From a virus, in IMG/VR virus record IMGVR_UViG_3300045988_070061, positions 1 through 58,686 of that record: a stretch of DNA of 58,686 nt; one strand, 5' to 3'. The translations under genes and the position numbers were made by a program. Positions within the stretch are counted from its first letter, which is position 1. Every line of letters begins with the position of its first letter. This document shows, piece by piece, positions 15,634 to 24,796 of the stretch. Below the pieces are notes generated by a model that was not told the origin of the DNA, made no database searches, and was given only the letters and a program-made list of their open reading frames with translations.

Positions 15634-15638
15634 TTTAA

Positions 15639-15710
15639 TGACATATAGCTCAATGGCAGAGCATCCGGCCGTTAACCGGAGGGTTGCCGGTTCAAGTCCG
15701 GCTATGTCAG
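15639..15710 (+). tRNA. tRNA-Asn(GTT)
   Basis: Acceptor TGACATA/TATGTCA, anticodon arm TCCGG-CCGTTAA-CCGGA (unusual C at position 33), T arm GCCGG-TTCAAGT-CCGGC, followed by T7. Confidence 0.75.
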
Positions 15711-15737
15711 TTTTTTTATTGAAAGGAGAAATGAACA

Positions 15738-16253
15738 ATGACATTTAAAGAAGCATTTGAAGCAATGAAACATGGAGCAAAAGTAAAACTTCCGGGATGG
15801 AACGGTTACTGGTGTTGGGATGACGAAAAACAGACGATTATGATTCATTGTAGACCTAAAGATTCTGATGCAGGACAGGGAGAAGTCCTTGATATCCGTG
15901 AAACGCAGAGAGTGGAATATACTTTCATGCACACACAGAGAGATGATTGGATGATTGCTGATGAAGAGAATTGCGGTGTTCTCGGTGGTCAGTCAACATT
16001 TGGATTTGGAGATGCTGTCCGTTATCTAAAAAGAGGACTTAAGGTGGCTCGTAAAGGTTGGAATGGCAAGAAGCAGTACATTCAGCTTGCTACTGGTATT
16101 TCTTACAAGACAGCGGACGGAGAAATTGTAAACTGTGAACATGATGCTATTGGAAATATGGCGATTGCATTTGTTGGAACATCGGGAGTACAGATGGGAT
16201 GGCTCGCAAGTCAGGCAGATATGCTTGCTGATGATTGGGTGTTTGCAGAGTAG
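15738..16253 (+). CDS. Tandem DUF2829 (Tad2-like) protein, candidate anti-Thoeris / signal-nucleotide sponge
   Basis: Two repeats of the DUF2829 pattern: FKEAFEAMKHGAKVKLPGWNG...DDWMIAD and FGDAVRYLKRGLKVARKGWNGK...WLASQADMLADDWVF. Confidence 0.6.
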   Translation: MTFKEAFEAMKHGAKVKLPGWNGYWCWDDEKQTIMIHCRPKDSDAGQGEVLDIRETQRVEYTFMHTQRDDWMIADEENCGVLGGQSTFGFGDAVRYLKRGLKVARKGWNGKKQYIQLATGISYKTADGEIVNCEHDAIGNMAIAFVGTSGVQMGWLASQADMLADDWVFAE

Positions 16254-16263
16254 GAGAGAAATC

Positions 16264-16650
16264 ATGAAGAAACTGTTTATCAGTGCTCCGATGAACGGGC
16301 GTACAAAAGAAAATATACAAAAATCTTTTAAGCAGCTGAAGGATATTGCAGAAGCAATGTTTGGAGAAGAGTTAGAAGTCATTGATACATGGATTTCAGA
16401 AGAACCTGGTAGCGGTACTAAAAATCCCGCAGTGTGGTATCTTGGAAAATCCATTGAGCTGCTTTCAAAAGCGGATTATTTCATTGGTATTTCTTACTGT
16501 GGAAGATTTAATGGGTGTAATGCAGAGCTTGAAATTGCGAGGGCTTATGGAATCAGAAGTGCAATAGTTTCAATGTTTGAAATTGATTGCTTCAAGGATG
16601 TTGTAGAAGTGATTCGTAACAGTGCTGATGTTAAAATTACGGAGAACTAG
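16264..16650 (+). CDS. DUF4406 / nucleoside 2-deoxyribosyltransferase-like protein
   Basis: MKKLFISAPMNGRT...LLSKADYFIGISYCGRFNGCNAELEIARAYGI pattern. GGAGAGA RBS before ATG 16264. Confidence 0.45.
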   Translation: MKKLFISAPMNGRTKENIQKSFKQLKDIAEAMFGEELEVIDTWISEEPGSGTKNPAVWYLGKSIELLSKADYFIGISYCGRFNGCNAELEIARAYGIRSAIVSMFEIDCFKDVVEVIRNSADVKITEN

Positions 16651-16654
16651 TACG

Positions 16655-16813
16655 ATGATCGTTAATGGTTGGTATTACTGTCCGGCTGGTCATAAGACTG
16701 GACAGCGGATAGAGAAAAATTCCAATATTGAAAATACGCCGATTTGGTGTAAGCACTGTAAGAAAGCGTATTATCCAGTGATTAAGGATGGGAAGATAAA
16801 TGAGAAAAAGTAA
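16655..16813 (+). CDS. Cysteine-rich KTR-type zinc-ribbon protein
   Basis: YYCPAGHKTGQ...PIWCKHCKK pattern, 52 aa. Confidence 0.5.
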   Translation: MIVNGWYYCPAGHKTGQRIEKNSNIENTPIWCKHCKKAYYPVIKDGKINEKK

Positions 16814-17063
16814 AATAATCATATGTGCCATTATGGTAGCGATGGTAAGCATTTTCCTTGTTGCTTGCAGCGGTCACGGAGAGAGTTCGGCACAATCAAA
16901 AACTGGAACAAAAACACTTAACGGGAGTTATGTATACGAGTGGATTGACAAAGATACTGGTGTGCATTATTGGATATACAGTGAAACCAGTGGTTATGCT
17001 GGACATGGAGGTATAACACCAAGATTGAATGCAGACGGAAGCGTAATGGTAACAGTTGAATAA
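16800..17063 (+). CDS. Lipoprotein (DUF6440-like)
   Basis: Signal peptide with lipobox LVAC-S. C-terminal GVHYWIYSETSGYAGHGGITPRLNADGS. Confidence 0.55.
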   Translation: MRKSKIIICAIMVAMVSIFLVACSGHGESSAQSKTGTKTLNGSYVYEWIDKDTGVHYWIYSETSGYAGHGGITPRLNADGSVMVTVE

Positions 17064-17064
17064 T

Positions 17065-17092
17065 TAAGAGCCAGAGCCTAAGAGCCAGAGCC
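17065..17092. repeat. Perfect 14-nt tandem duplication TAAGAGCCAGAGCC x2
   Basis: 17065-17078 is identical to 17079-17092. The second copy feeds the terminator stem. Confidence 0.8.
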
Positions 17093-17130
17093 GATATTTG
17101 TGAGAAATTGCAGATATTGGCTCTTTTTTT
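17089..17130 (+). terminator. Strong Rho-independent terminator
   Basis: 12-bp stem (AGCCGATATTTG / CAGATATTGGCT, including G-U pairs) followed by T7. Confidence 0.7.
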
Positions 17131-17151
17131 GATTTACAAGGAGGTGAGCAG

Positions 17152-18810
17152 ATGAATTTTACTGAATACAAGCGAATAGCCAATGCATTGAAGATGCAAC
17201 CATCAAATAAATACAGCACATGGGATAATATCATGCAGTTATGCTTGAATATGTATGAAGACAACCATGATTATCTAAAATATTGTCTTAAGCTCTCGAA
17301 AGCTGTGAAATTATCTGCTCAGAGACTACTTCTGCAGAACCTGGATGTTCGGTTCGAAGACCTCTACTGGCAAGCAGTAAAATTTGAAGCACCACATTTA
17401 TTTGACAGTTATCTGCTCTATCTTGAGCGAAAGCGATTAGAACAGGATCGTTTTTATTCTCCAAAAAGAAAGCAACTGAATAAGCATGGATTGATTCAAT
17501 CCCTACAGGACATGGAAGATGATAAATTGGATATTCTTTCAATTTCCATGCCACCTGGTACGCAGAAGACTACTCTTGAAAAGTTTTTCTGTTCATGGAT
17601 AATCGGAAGACACCCGGATGATTTCAGTTTGTTTTTCTCACACAGTGGAGATATTACCAGAATGTTCTATGACGGGGTAATGGATATCACAACGAACTCA
17701 GATGAATATTGCTGGCAAGAGATTTTCCCAGACGTGAAATTTCATAGCACAAATGCCAAGAGAGAAACCATCAACTTCAACAAATACAAACCGTTCTCAA
17801 ATATCCAGTGTACATCTGTAGGAAGTAAGAATGCCGGTAAGGTCCGTGCGAACCGATATCTGTACTGTGACGACCTTATTGGTGGTATCGAAGAAGCACT
17901 GAATAAAAATATTCTGGACAAGTTATGGAGAATCTACGGTACTGACGCTAAACAGCGAAAAATGGACGGCTGTAAGGAAATCCACATTGCTACCAGATGG
18001 TCCGTACATGATGTAATTGGACGATTGATTGATATCTACGAGGGAAATGATAAGGCTCGATTTATTGCTATTCCAGACATAGATCCTGTTACCGGAGAAT
18101 CGAATTTCGACTATAAATACAACGGATTCAGTGTTGATTTCTTCCACGATCAGGAACTTACGATGGACGAAATCTCTTATAAATGCCTGTACAAGAATGA
18201 GCCTATCGAGCGTGAAGGACTTCTGTATACGGATGAAGAGCTTCGAAGATTCATTACGCTGCCACTTGGAGAACCGGATGCAATTCTTGGAATATGCGAT
18301 ACGAAGAATACCGGTACAGACTCCATGTTCTTACCGTGCCTGTTGAAGTATGGCAATGATTATTATCTTACGGCTTGTGTCTGTGATGATAATACAGATT
18401 ACGGCGTTCAATACGAACGGACCTCAGATTTAATAGTAGACAACAAGATGCAACAGTGCCAATTCGAAAGCAATAACGGTGGTGATCGTGTTGCGTTGGA
18501 AGTAAGTAAACTTGTAGAAGCAAAAGGTGGTGTGTGCAATATCACATCGAAATATACGGAATCGAACAAGGAAACGAAGATCATAGTAAATGCTGATTGG
18601 GTTAAGAAACACGTCCTGTTTAAGGCAAGAACAGAGTATCAGCCAAAGAGTGATTACGGAAAGATGATGGGATTCTTGCTGAGTTATTCAGTTCGTGGAA
18701 AGAACCCACATGATGATGTACCGGATGGATTGGCCAGCTTTGCATTATTCGTACAGAATCTTATTGGTGCAACGGTAACAACATATAGCAGAGCAGCACT
18801 TGGAATTTAA
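17152..18810 (+). CDS. terL: Terminase large subunit
   Basis: 552 aa with an AAGGAGGTG RBS. Walker-A-like MPPGTQKTT and Walker-B-like RYLYCDDL. Positioned immediately before the portal region. Confidence 0.75.
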   Translation: MNFTEYKRIANALKMQPSNKYSTWDNIMQLCLNMYEDNHDYLKYCLKLSKAVKLSAQRLLLQNLDVRFEDLYWQAVKFEAPHLFDSYLLYLERKRLEQDRFYSPKRKQLNKHGLIQSLQDMEDDKLDILSISMPPGTQKTTLEKFFCSWIIGRHPDDFSLFFSHSGDITRMFYDGVMDITTNSDEYCWQEIFPDVKFHSTNAKRETINFNKYKPFSNIQCTSVGSKNAGKVRANRYLYCDDLIGGIEEALNKNILDKLWRIYGTDAKQRKMDGCKEIHIATRWSVHDVIGRLIDIYEGNDKARFIAIPDIDPVTGESNFDYKYNGFSVDFFHDQELTMDEISYKCLYKNEPIEREGLLYTDEELRRFITLPLGEPDAILGICDTKNTGTDSMFLPCLLKYGNDYYLTACVCDDNTDYGVQYERTSDLIVDNKMQQCQFESNNGGDRVALEVSKLVEAKGGVCNITSKYTESNKETKIIVNADWVKKHVLFKARTEYQPKSDYGKMMGFLLSYSVRGKNPHDDVPDGLASFALFVQNLIGATVTTYSRAALGI

Positions 18811-18824
18811 GGAGGATGATTGAG

Positions 18825-19259
18825 ATGAAGCTTACAAGAAAAGATATTGCAAACTATAAATTATTAAAGGTCCTCCTTGAAAGGGACCAGAGAAAACTTG
18901 ACCGGTATATTGCAAAACAGCCATCTACATATTCCGGCAAGGTATACGGATCCAATCCAAATTTTCCATATGAGCCACGTGGGTTCACGGTCGGTGGTTG
19001 CACGGATACTGAAATTCATCAAAGGAAAGAATGGGACTTAAAATGCCGTGAAATGGAAGTTAAGATTCAAGATGATATCCGCAGACTGAATGAATTGGAA
19101 GTAGCGATTGATACAGTGATTGCGAATGCAAAAGATATTGAAGACAAGATGATTCTAGAATACACGAAAGACGGGATGTCTCAGCAACAGATAGCCATGA
19201 AAGTTGGATTAGATAGATCGGTTGTGTCAAAAAGGATAAAAAAATACGTTTCTGCCTAA
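18825..19259 (+). CDS. Sigma-70 region-4-like / ArpU-RinA-type transcriptional regulator
   Basis: C-terminal HTH GMSQQQIAMKVGLDRSVVSKRIKKY. GGAGG lies 9 nt before ATG 18825. Confidence 0.5.
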   Translation: MKLTRKDIANYKLLKVLLERDQRKLDRYIAKQPSTYSGKVYGSNPNFPYEPRGFTVGGCTDTEIHQRKEWDLKCREMEVKIQDDIRRLNELEVAIDTVIANAKDIEDKMILEYTKDGMSQQQIAMKVGLDRSVVSKRIKKYVSA

Positions 19260-19393
19260 ATTTGCACAAAATGCACATTTTACAGTAGTAAAATTATAAT
19301 CGAAGAAATTGTAATTCGTTCATTATTAAGAGGAAAAGAGCTTTGCGCGGTACCGTCACGTGAGGTTCTTTTTTTATGCAGAGGTGGAACTAA

Positions 19394-20920
19394 GTGGAGT
19401 TATTTGGAAGAAAACAGATTTTTACAGACGAACTGAATATAGATGCGACAAATATACTTCCTGTACTTAGTGAAGCTTATACAATCCATGAAATGAACAG
19501 GAGCGAAATTCAGTATCTTTTTGAATACGCAAGAGGCAAACAGCCAATTCTGAAAAGAGAAAAGGAAGTCCGGCCAGAAATCAATGAGCGAATCGTTGAT
19601 AACATGGCATCTGAAATTCTTGAATTCAAATTGGGATATGAATTCGGCTCGCCAATTACATATGTACAACGTGCAAGAAAAGATATGAAGAGTGCCGGAT
19701 TTTTCAAAAGAGCTATCCAGAAGATATTCGGCAGTAAAGAATCACAGATTGAAGATATGCGTATTGCTGCTATTAATGAAATGCTGACAGAAGAGAGCAA
19801 ATCATCAAAGGATCTGCAATTGGCAAAAGATGTAAAGACTTGCGGTGTCGGATACAGGTTGATATTGCCGAAACGTTTCAAAACTGGAAGTTCGGTATTC
19901 GATTTATTGGTTCTGAATCCTATGAATACATTCGTTGTATATAGCAATGATGCCTATAGGGAGCCGGTTCTTGGAGTAACCTATTTTCCGAGAAGTGATG
20001 GCTCTATTCTTTTTGGATGCTATGCGAAAAATCAGTATTTTGAAATTGAAAGAGGTGTATCCTCCGGTTCTTATTATCAGGACTTTAAAGTATTGCCGAA
20101 TGTTTTAGGGAAAGTCCCGATTATAGAATATATCAATGATTTTGACCGTATGGGGTGCTTTGAAAAGGCAATCCCATTGATGGATGCACTGAATACTACA
20201 GATTCGGATAGAGTAAATGACATTGCACAACATGTTCAAAACTTGTTGTGGGGTGACAACATTGAAATTGACGATGAACAGTACAAACAGATGCGCCAGG
20301 ATGGAATGATTGTTACTAAATCACCGACCGGAAGAACGGCAACATTGAAATATTTAGAGTGCGCGCTTGACCAATCTGGTAATCAGTTATTAGTTGATTA
20401 CATAAAACAGCAAATTCTTGATATATGCAGTGTTCCAAGTCGTTCGGAATTGTCTGGTGGTAGTACAGGAAGTGCCACGAATATGTCAACTGGTTGGATG
20501 GCAGCAGAAACAGATGCAAAAGCTAAGGAGCAGATCTGGACAGCATCTGAAAGAAGAGAAACAGCTGTTATTTTGAGCATTATCAAAAATAGTGATGAAG
20601 TTGATGGTGATATTTCCGAACTCAGCTTAGCTGATTTAGATATTAAGTTCTCAAGGTCACGTACATACGACTTGGCTACGAAATGTAATTCACTTGCAAC
20701 ATTAATTCATATTGGAATTGACCCGTTAAGGGCGATCGAGACGGTCGGATTATTCACGGATCCGCAACAGGTAGCACTTGATTCTGCAGAAAGAATCGAC
20801 AAAGTGTTATTCCCGAACGACACTCCGGCAGACAAGACGGATGAGCCAAACGATGATCCATACAAAAAGAGACAGCCAGATATAACAGATCAGCCGTCTC
20901 AAAAATCAGTTTCAGATTGA
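19394..20920 (+). CDS. Portal protein
   Basis: 508 aa, in the position between terminase and scaffold/capsid. GTG start after GAGGTGG. Confidence 0.7.
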   Translation: MELFGRKQIFTDELNIDATNILPVLSEAYTIHEMNRSEIQYLFEYARGKQPILKREKEVRPEINERIVDNMASEILEFKLGYEFGSPITYVQRARKDMKSAGFFKRAIQKIFGSKESQIEDMRIAAINEMLTEESKSSKDLQLAKDVKTCGVGYRLILPKRFKTGSSVFDLLVLNPMNTFVVYSNDAYREPVLGVTYFPRSDGSILFGCYAKNQYFEIERGVSSGSYYQDFKVLPNVLGKVPIIEYINDFDRMGCFEKAIPLMDALNTTDSDRVNDIAQHVQNLLWGDNIEIDDEQYKQMRQDGMIVTKSPTGRTATLKYLECALDQSGNQLLVDYIKQQILDICSVPSRSELSGGSTGSATNMSTGWMAAETDAKAKEQIWTASERRETAVILSIIKNSDEVDGDISELSLADLDIKFSRSRTYDLATKCNSLATLIHIGIDPLRAIETVGLFTDPQQVALDSAERIDKVLFPNDTPADKTDEPNDDPYKKRQPDITDQPSQKSVSD

Positions 20921-20926
20921 TAAATT

Positions 20927-20957
20927 AGCATCTCACCTTATGGTGGGGTGCTTTTTA
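20927..20957 (+). terminator. Rho-independent terminator after the portal gene
   Basis: 11-bp stem AGCATCTCACC/GGTGGGGTGCT (2 G-U pairs), loop TTAT, T5. Confidence 0.6.
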
Positions 20958-21071
20958 TATACATAGCAGGGAAGCTATTCAAAAAACGCAAGAGACAAGA
21001 CAAGTCTTAAAAACGGAACATTAAGAAAATTAATCGAGAGGGAACTCGTATAAAACGCAGGAGGTAAGAAA

Positions 21072-21644
21072 ATGGCAGACTTAAAAGATTTGCTCGGCGA
21101 TGCTTATAAAGAAGATATGACTTTTGATGAAGTTAATGCGGCGTTAGCCGAAAAAGACTTGGTTGACAAAAGTCAGTTTGAAGGATTTGTCCCTAAATCA
21201 CTTCTGGAAAAAGCAAATTCCGAAGCAGCTGATTACAAGAAAAAGTGGAAAGCAGCAAGTTCCGAACAGGAGCGAAAGGCTATTGAAGAAGCTGAGCAGA
21301 AAGCTCAGGCAGAAGAGGAGTTAAAAAGCCTTCGCCGTGAAAACAAAGTTTCGAAGTACGAGAAACAGTATCTTGCTCAGAAATACGATCCTAAGGACGC
21401 ATTCGACATTGCCGAAGCTCTTTACGATGGAGATATGGATACAGTATTCAAAATCCAGCAGAAGCATGATGATGAAGTGCGCAAAAGCATTAAAGCAGAA
21501 ATCATGAAGGATATGCCAGCACCTCCGTCAGGCAACCAGAAAACAGTAGATTACAGTAAACAAATTGCGGAAGCTCAGGAAAGAGGAGATATGGTCATGG
21601 TAGCATCTCTCATTCGTCAGCAGGCAGAAGCTAACGCAAAATAG
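21072..21644 (+). CDS. Scaffolding protein
   Basis: 190 aa, charged and coiled-coil-rich, immediately upstream of the capsid gene. Confidence 0.65.
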   Translation: MADLKDLLGDAYKEDMTFDEVNAALAEKDLVDKSQFEGFVPKSLLEKANSEAADYKKKWKAASSEQERKAIEEAEQKAQAEEELKSLRRENKVSKYEKQYLAQKYDPKDAFDIAEALYDGDMDTVFKIQQKHDDEVRKSIKAEIMKDMPAPPSGNQKTVDYSKQIAEAQERGDMVMVASLIRQQAEANAK

Positions 21645-21661
21645 AAAAGGAGATTTAAAAA

Positions 21662-22948
21662 ATGGCAGACACATTTGCAATGAGTGGAAACACTCCTAAT
21701 TTTAGCGGTATGCTTTTTAACAAAGGTAATACCAAGACACCATTTTCGACAATGATTGGTGCGCACAGAAAATTTACAAATCACACAGAATTCGTAACAG
21801 GACAGGAATATGAGACAGCGGAAGGATCTCAGCCAAATATTTCGGAAGCTGAATCATTGACAGCGCCGGATGCATCTGTTCTGAAAAGAGATCAGAAGAC
21901 AAATGTTACTCAGATTTTCCAGGAAAGCGTTGGAATTTCTTACGGAAAGATGTCTAACATGGGAACTCTTTCAGGAATTAATGTTGCAGGACAGCAGGCT
22001 AATCCAGTTAGTGAAGAAGATTTCCAGATTGCTGCTAAAATGGCTAAAATCGGGCAGGACATTGAGTACACATTCCTTAACGGAAAATATCAGAAGTCAA
22101 CAGGTGACAATGTTCCGAATAAATCAAGAGGTCTCCTTACTGCAATTGAATCAAATATCGTTGATGCAGATGGAAAGATGCTTTCGTTTATGCTACTGTG
22201 CGAAGCTATGAAGTGCATTGATGATTCTAACGGAGATACAACAAACCTTGTAGTAGGGCTTGATTCTACCGGAAGATTACAGCTGAATGCCGATGCAGCA
22301 GCTAACGGATTAACAATCGTGAGTGCCGGAAGAGATATCAATGGTATTGCAGTGGATCAGGTACTTACACCGCTTGGAACTGTATATCTTAAGACTCTGA
22401 AATATCTTCCAACGGGAACAGTTGCATTGTTTGACCCATCTATCATGGCACCGGTTGAACAGATTGTACCGAAAAAAGGAAACTTCTTCCTTGAAGAACT
22501 TGCAAAAGTCGGTGCAGGAACAAAGAAACAGATCTTCGGACAGATTGGTCTTGATCACGGCCCAGAATGGTATTCAGCAAAGATTACTAATCTGAGCATG
22601 AGAACACCACACGATGAAGATATGGCAAGACGCTATGTACAGGTAAGTGCCAGTGCGCCGGCTGAACTTGGAACGCTCACAGTACAGTCAGCAGCTGGAA
22701 CAGCTGTGGGAGCAACAAAACTGACTGTAACACCTGCACTCACTTCCGGAAATTCTTATAAATATAAAGTGTCCGATGAAGAGACTAAAGTTGAAGCTGG
22801 ACAGAATGTTCGTGTTTGGAAGTCTTGGGACGGTAAGTCAGATATCGTAGCAGAGAGTGGAAAACATATCATCGTTGCTGAATGCGACAAGAACTATGAG
22901 GTTTTAAAGGCCGGAAGTACAACGGTAACTGCAAAAGCCGAAGGTTAA
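21662..22948 (+). CDS. Major capsid protein with a C-terminal Ig-like extension
   Basis: 428 aa in the expected position. The C-terminal ~90 aa are beta-rich (LTVQSAAGTAVGATKLTVTP...), like Ig-like decoration domains. Confidence 0.7.
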   Translation: MADTFAMSGNTPNFSGMLFNKGNTKTPFSTMIGAHRKFTNHTEFVTGQEYETAEGSQPNISEAESLTAPDASVLKRDQKTNVTQIFQESVGISYGKMSNMGTLSGINVAGQQANPVSEEDFQIAAKMAKIGQDIEYTFLNGKYQKSTGDNVPNKSRGLLTAIESNIVDADGKMLSFMLLCEAMKCIDDSNGDTTNLVVGLDSTGRLQLNADAAANGLTIVSAGRDINGIAVDQVLTPLGTVYLKTLKYLPTGTVALFDPSIMAPVEQIVPKKGNFFLEELAKVGAGTKKQIFGQIGLDHGPEWYSAKITNLSMRTPHDEDMARRYVQVSASAPAELGTLTVQSAAGTAVGATKLTVTPALTSGNSYKYKVSDEETKVEAGQNVRVWKSWDGKSDIVAESGKHIIVAECDKNYEVLKAGSTTVTAKAEG

Positions 22949-22962
22949 GGAGTAAATGATCG

Positions 22963-23307
22963 ATGGAAGAGCTTATAGATAGTATATTTTCCGATTTGAA
23001 AACTGAATTGAATTCAGAGCTGACAGGAGAAAACGATCAAGCTCTTCTGTTGGTTAAGGTGAGAAATGCTGTGGATGACGTTGAATGTGCAAGAAATTAT
23101 CAAGGTCATCACACAGATGAATTCAAAGAAAAGGATCTGAAAAAAATGAAACCAATAATTAAGCGTCTCGCTTTATATGATTGGAATACCATTGGAGCAG
23201 AAGGACATTCGAGCTATTCCGATAGTGGTATTTCAAGAACTTTCGTAAGCAGAGATGATATCTTGAGTCAGGTAATTCCTTTTGCAACAGTGTTATCGGC
23301 TCAGTAA
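22963..23307 (+). CDS. Head-tail connector (gp6-like) protein
   Basis: 114 aa. Size, position and helical N-terminus are typical of head-tail connector proteins. Confidence 0.5.
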   Translation: MEELIDSIFSDLKTELNSELTGENDQALLLVKVRNAVDDVECARNYQGHHTDEFKEKDLKKMKPIIKRLALYDWNTIGAEGHSSYSDSGISRTFVSRDDILSQVIPFATVLSAQ

Positions 23308-23432
23308 GGCGGTGATCCAATTATCTCCCGGCAACAGGGTAAAGTTGTAAGAAGATTGTGCGTGACCAAAGCGGTGATTCTGCCGGAATGGTCGCAGGGA
23401 AATATGTGCAATGATGGTGGAGGGATAGCACA

Positions 23433-23813
23433 TTGAGAAACTTAAAGAAAAATGAAACAAAATTATGGTATTCGAATTACGGAAAAGGGAATCCGATACT
23501 GGATGAAAACGGTGATGAGACGGGAGATTATGACAGTGGTTATGGTTCTCCTGTTTCTTTTTTCGCTACTTTATCGGCAAACAAAGGAAATGCCTATGCC
23601 GATGTATTTGGAACGAATTTGGACTACACCAGAACGCTATCAACAGTTCAGAAACTTCCTATAACAGAAGAATCTCTTATTTGGAAGTCTGAGCCGATTC
23701 TGAATGCAGATGGTACGGTCGATAAAGAATCAGCTGATTATACCGTAGCCGGTATAGCAGATGGATTAAACGAATTGGTAGTTGCCCTGAAAGCGAGGAA
23801 GAAAAATGCCTAG
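23433..23813 (+). CDS. Neck / head-closure protein (putative)
   Basis: 126-aa ORF with a TTG start in the neck module. Confidence 0.4.
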   Translation: MRNLKKNETKLWYSNYGKGNPILDENGDETGDYDSGYGSPVSFFATLSANKGNAYADVFGTNLDYTRTLSTVQKLPITEESLIWKSEPILNADGTVDKESADYTVAGIADGLNELVVALKARKKNA

Positions 23814-24312
23814 ATACAAAGTGGGATTATCCGCTAGAGAATTTCGTGAGTTGGCAGATCAGATACATGATTATCGAATGGATCTGCAAGAAAAATGTGA
23901 GGAATTCACGCGGCGTCTTGCTGAGGAAGGTGTTGCGATTGCAAAAGCAAATATCTTAAGCGAAGAAGCAATCTATACCGGCGAACTGCTTAATAGCATG
24001 GATATTGAGCCGGGCGACATTGTATCTAACGGCGCATCGTATTACATTTATACGGCGTGCCCGTGGGCGAAATTCGTTGAATTTGGTACCGGTATTGTTG
24101 GATCCGAAAATTCTCATCCAGATACTTCAATTGTTGGATGGAAATATGATACAAACAACCATGGTGAAAAAGGATGGCATTATTTCAAGGATGGCGCATG
24201 GCATTGGACACAAGGTATGCCGTCAAGACCATTCATGTACAATACTGCTTCTGAATTGCGAAGCATGAATACTATAGCCGATATAGCAAGGGAGGTGTTT
24301 GGAAGTGATTGA
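23806..24312 (+). CDS. HK97 gp10-like tail-completion protein
   Basis: FVEFGTGIVG motif and position. Confidence 0.55.
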   Translation: MPRYKVGLSAREFRELADQIHDYRMDLQEKCEEFTRRLAEEGVAIAKANILSEEAIYTGELLNSMDIEPGDIVSNGASYYIYTACPWAKFVEFGTGIVGSENSHPDTSIVGWKYDTNNHGEKGWHYFKDGAWHWTQGMPSRPFMYNTASELRSMNTIADIAREVFGSD

Positions 24313-24721
24313 CGCATCGAATAGAGTTTTGACTAACATAAAAACATATGTGGCAGAAACTTGTAAGAATGTATCTAATTATTCCAGTAAAGCACCGCCA
24401 GAATTCCCGGCAGTGTCGGTTGTTCAAATTGATAATCCAGATGCATGTATGGATTTGGAGAATAACGAAAATGCCGTAACTTCTGTGATTGAAATTCAGT
24501 GTTATTCCAATAAAAGCAACACGGAAACAAGGAATATCATAAATCAATGTTGTGATGCAATGCGAATGATGGGATATCGCCGTACATACGGTCCGAAGCC
24601 TGTCACAAATGCATCAGACACAAGTATCTATCGTACAGTGGCAAGGTTTACAAGACTTGTCTCAGCGGTAGATGAAATAGAGAAATTTGAAACTAAGGGA
24701 GCGCAAAGCTCCCTGTTTTAA
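24305..24721 (+). CDS. Tail terminator-like protein (putative)
   Basis: GGAGG lies 9 nt before GTG 24305. Located directly before the major tail protein. Confidence 0.4.
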   Translation: MIDASNRVLTNIKTYVAETCKNVSNYSSKAPPEFPAVSVVQIDNPDACMDLENNENAVTSVIEIQCYSNKSNTETRNIINQCCDAMRMMGYRRTYGPKPVTNASDTSIYRTVARFTRLVSAVDEIEKFETKGAQSSLF

Positions 24722-24796
24722 TATGTAATTTTACCGGATGCCATTAGGAGGCATTCGCTGACCGCATTAGTTAAGCGGTAGAAAGGTAGGTATATT

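Noticed and set aside
23308-23432. 125-nt gap in the neck module with an open frame (...RRLCVTKAVILPEWSQGNMCNDGGGIAH*) ending in a TTGA overlap with the next gene
   Set aside because: It has no convincing start codon or RBS and is too short to assign. It could be a small neck protein or the 5' extension of a mis-started gene, and is left unannotated.
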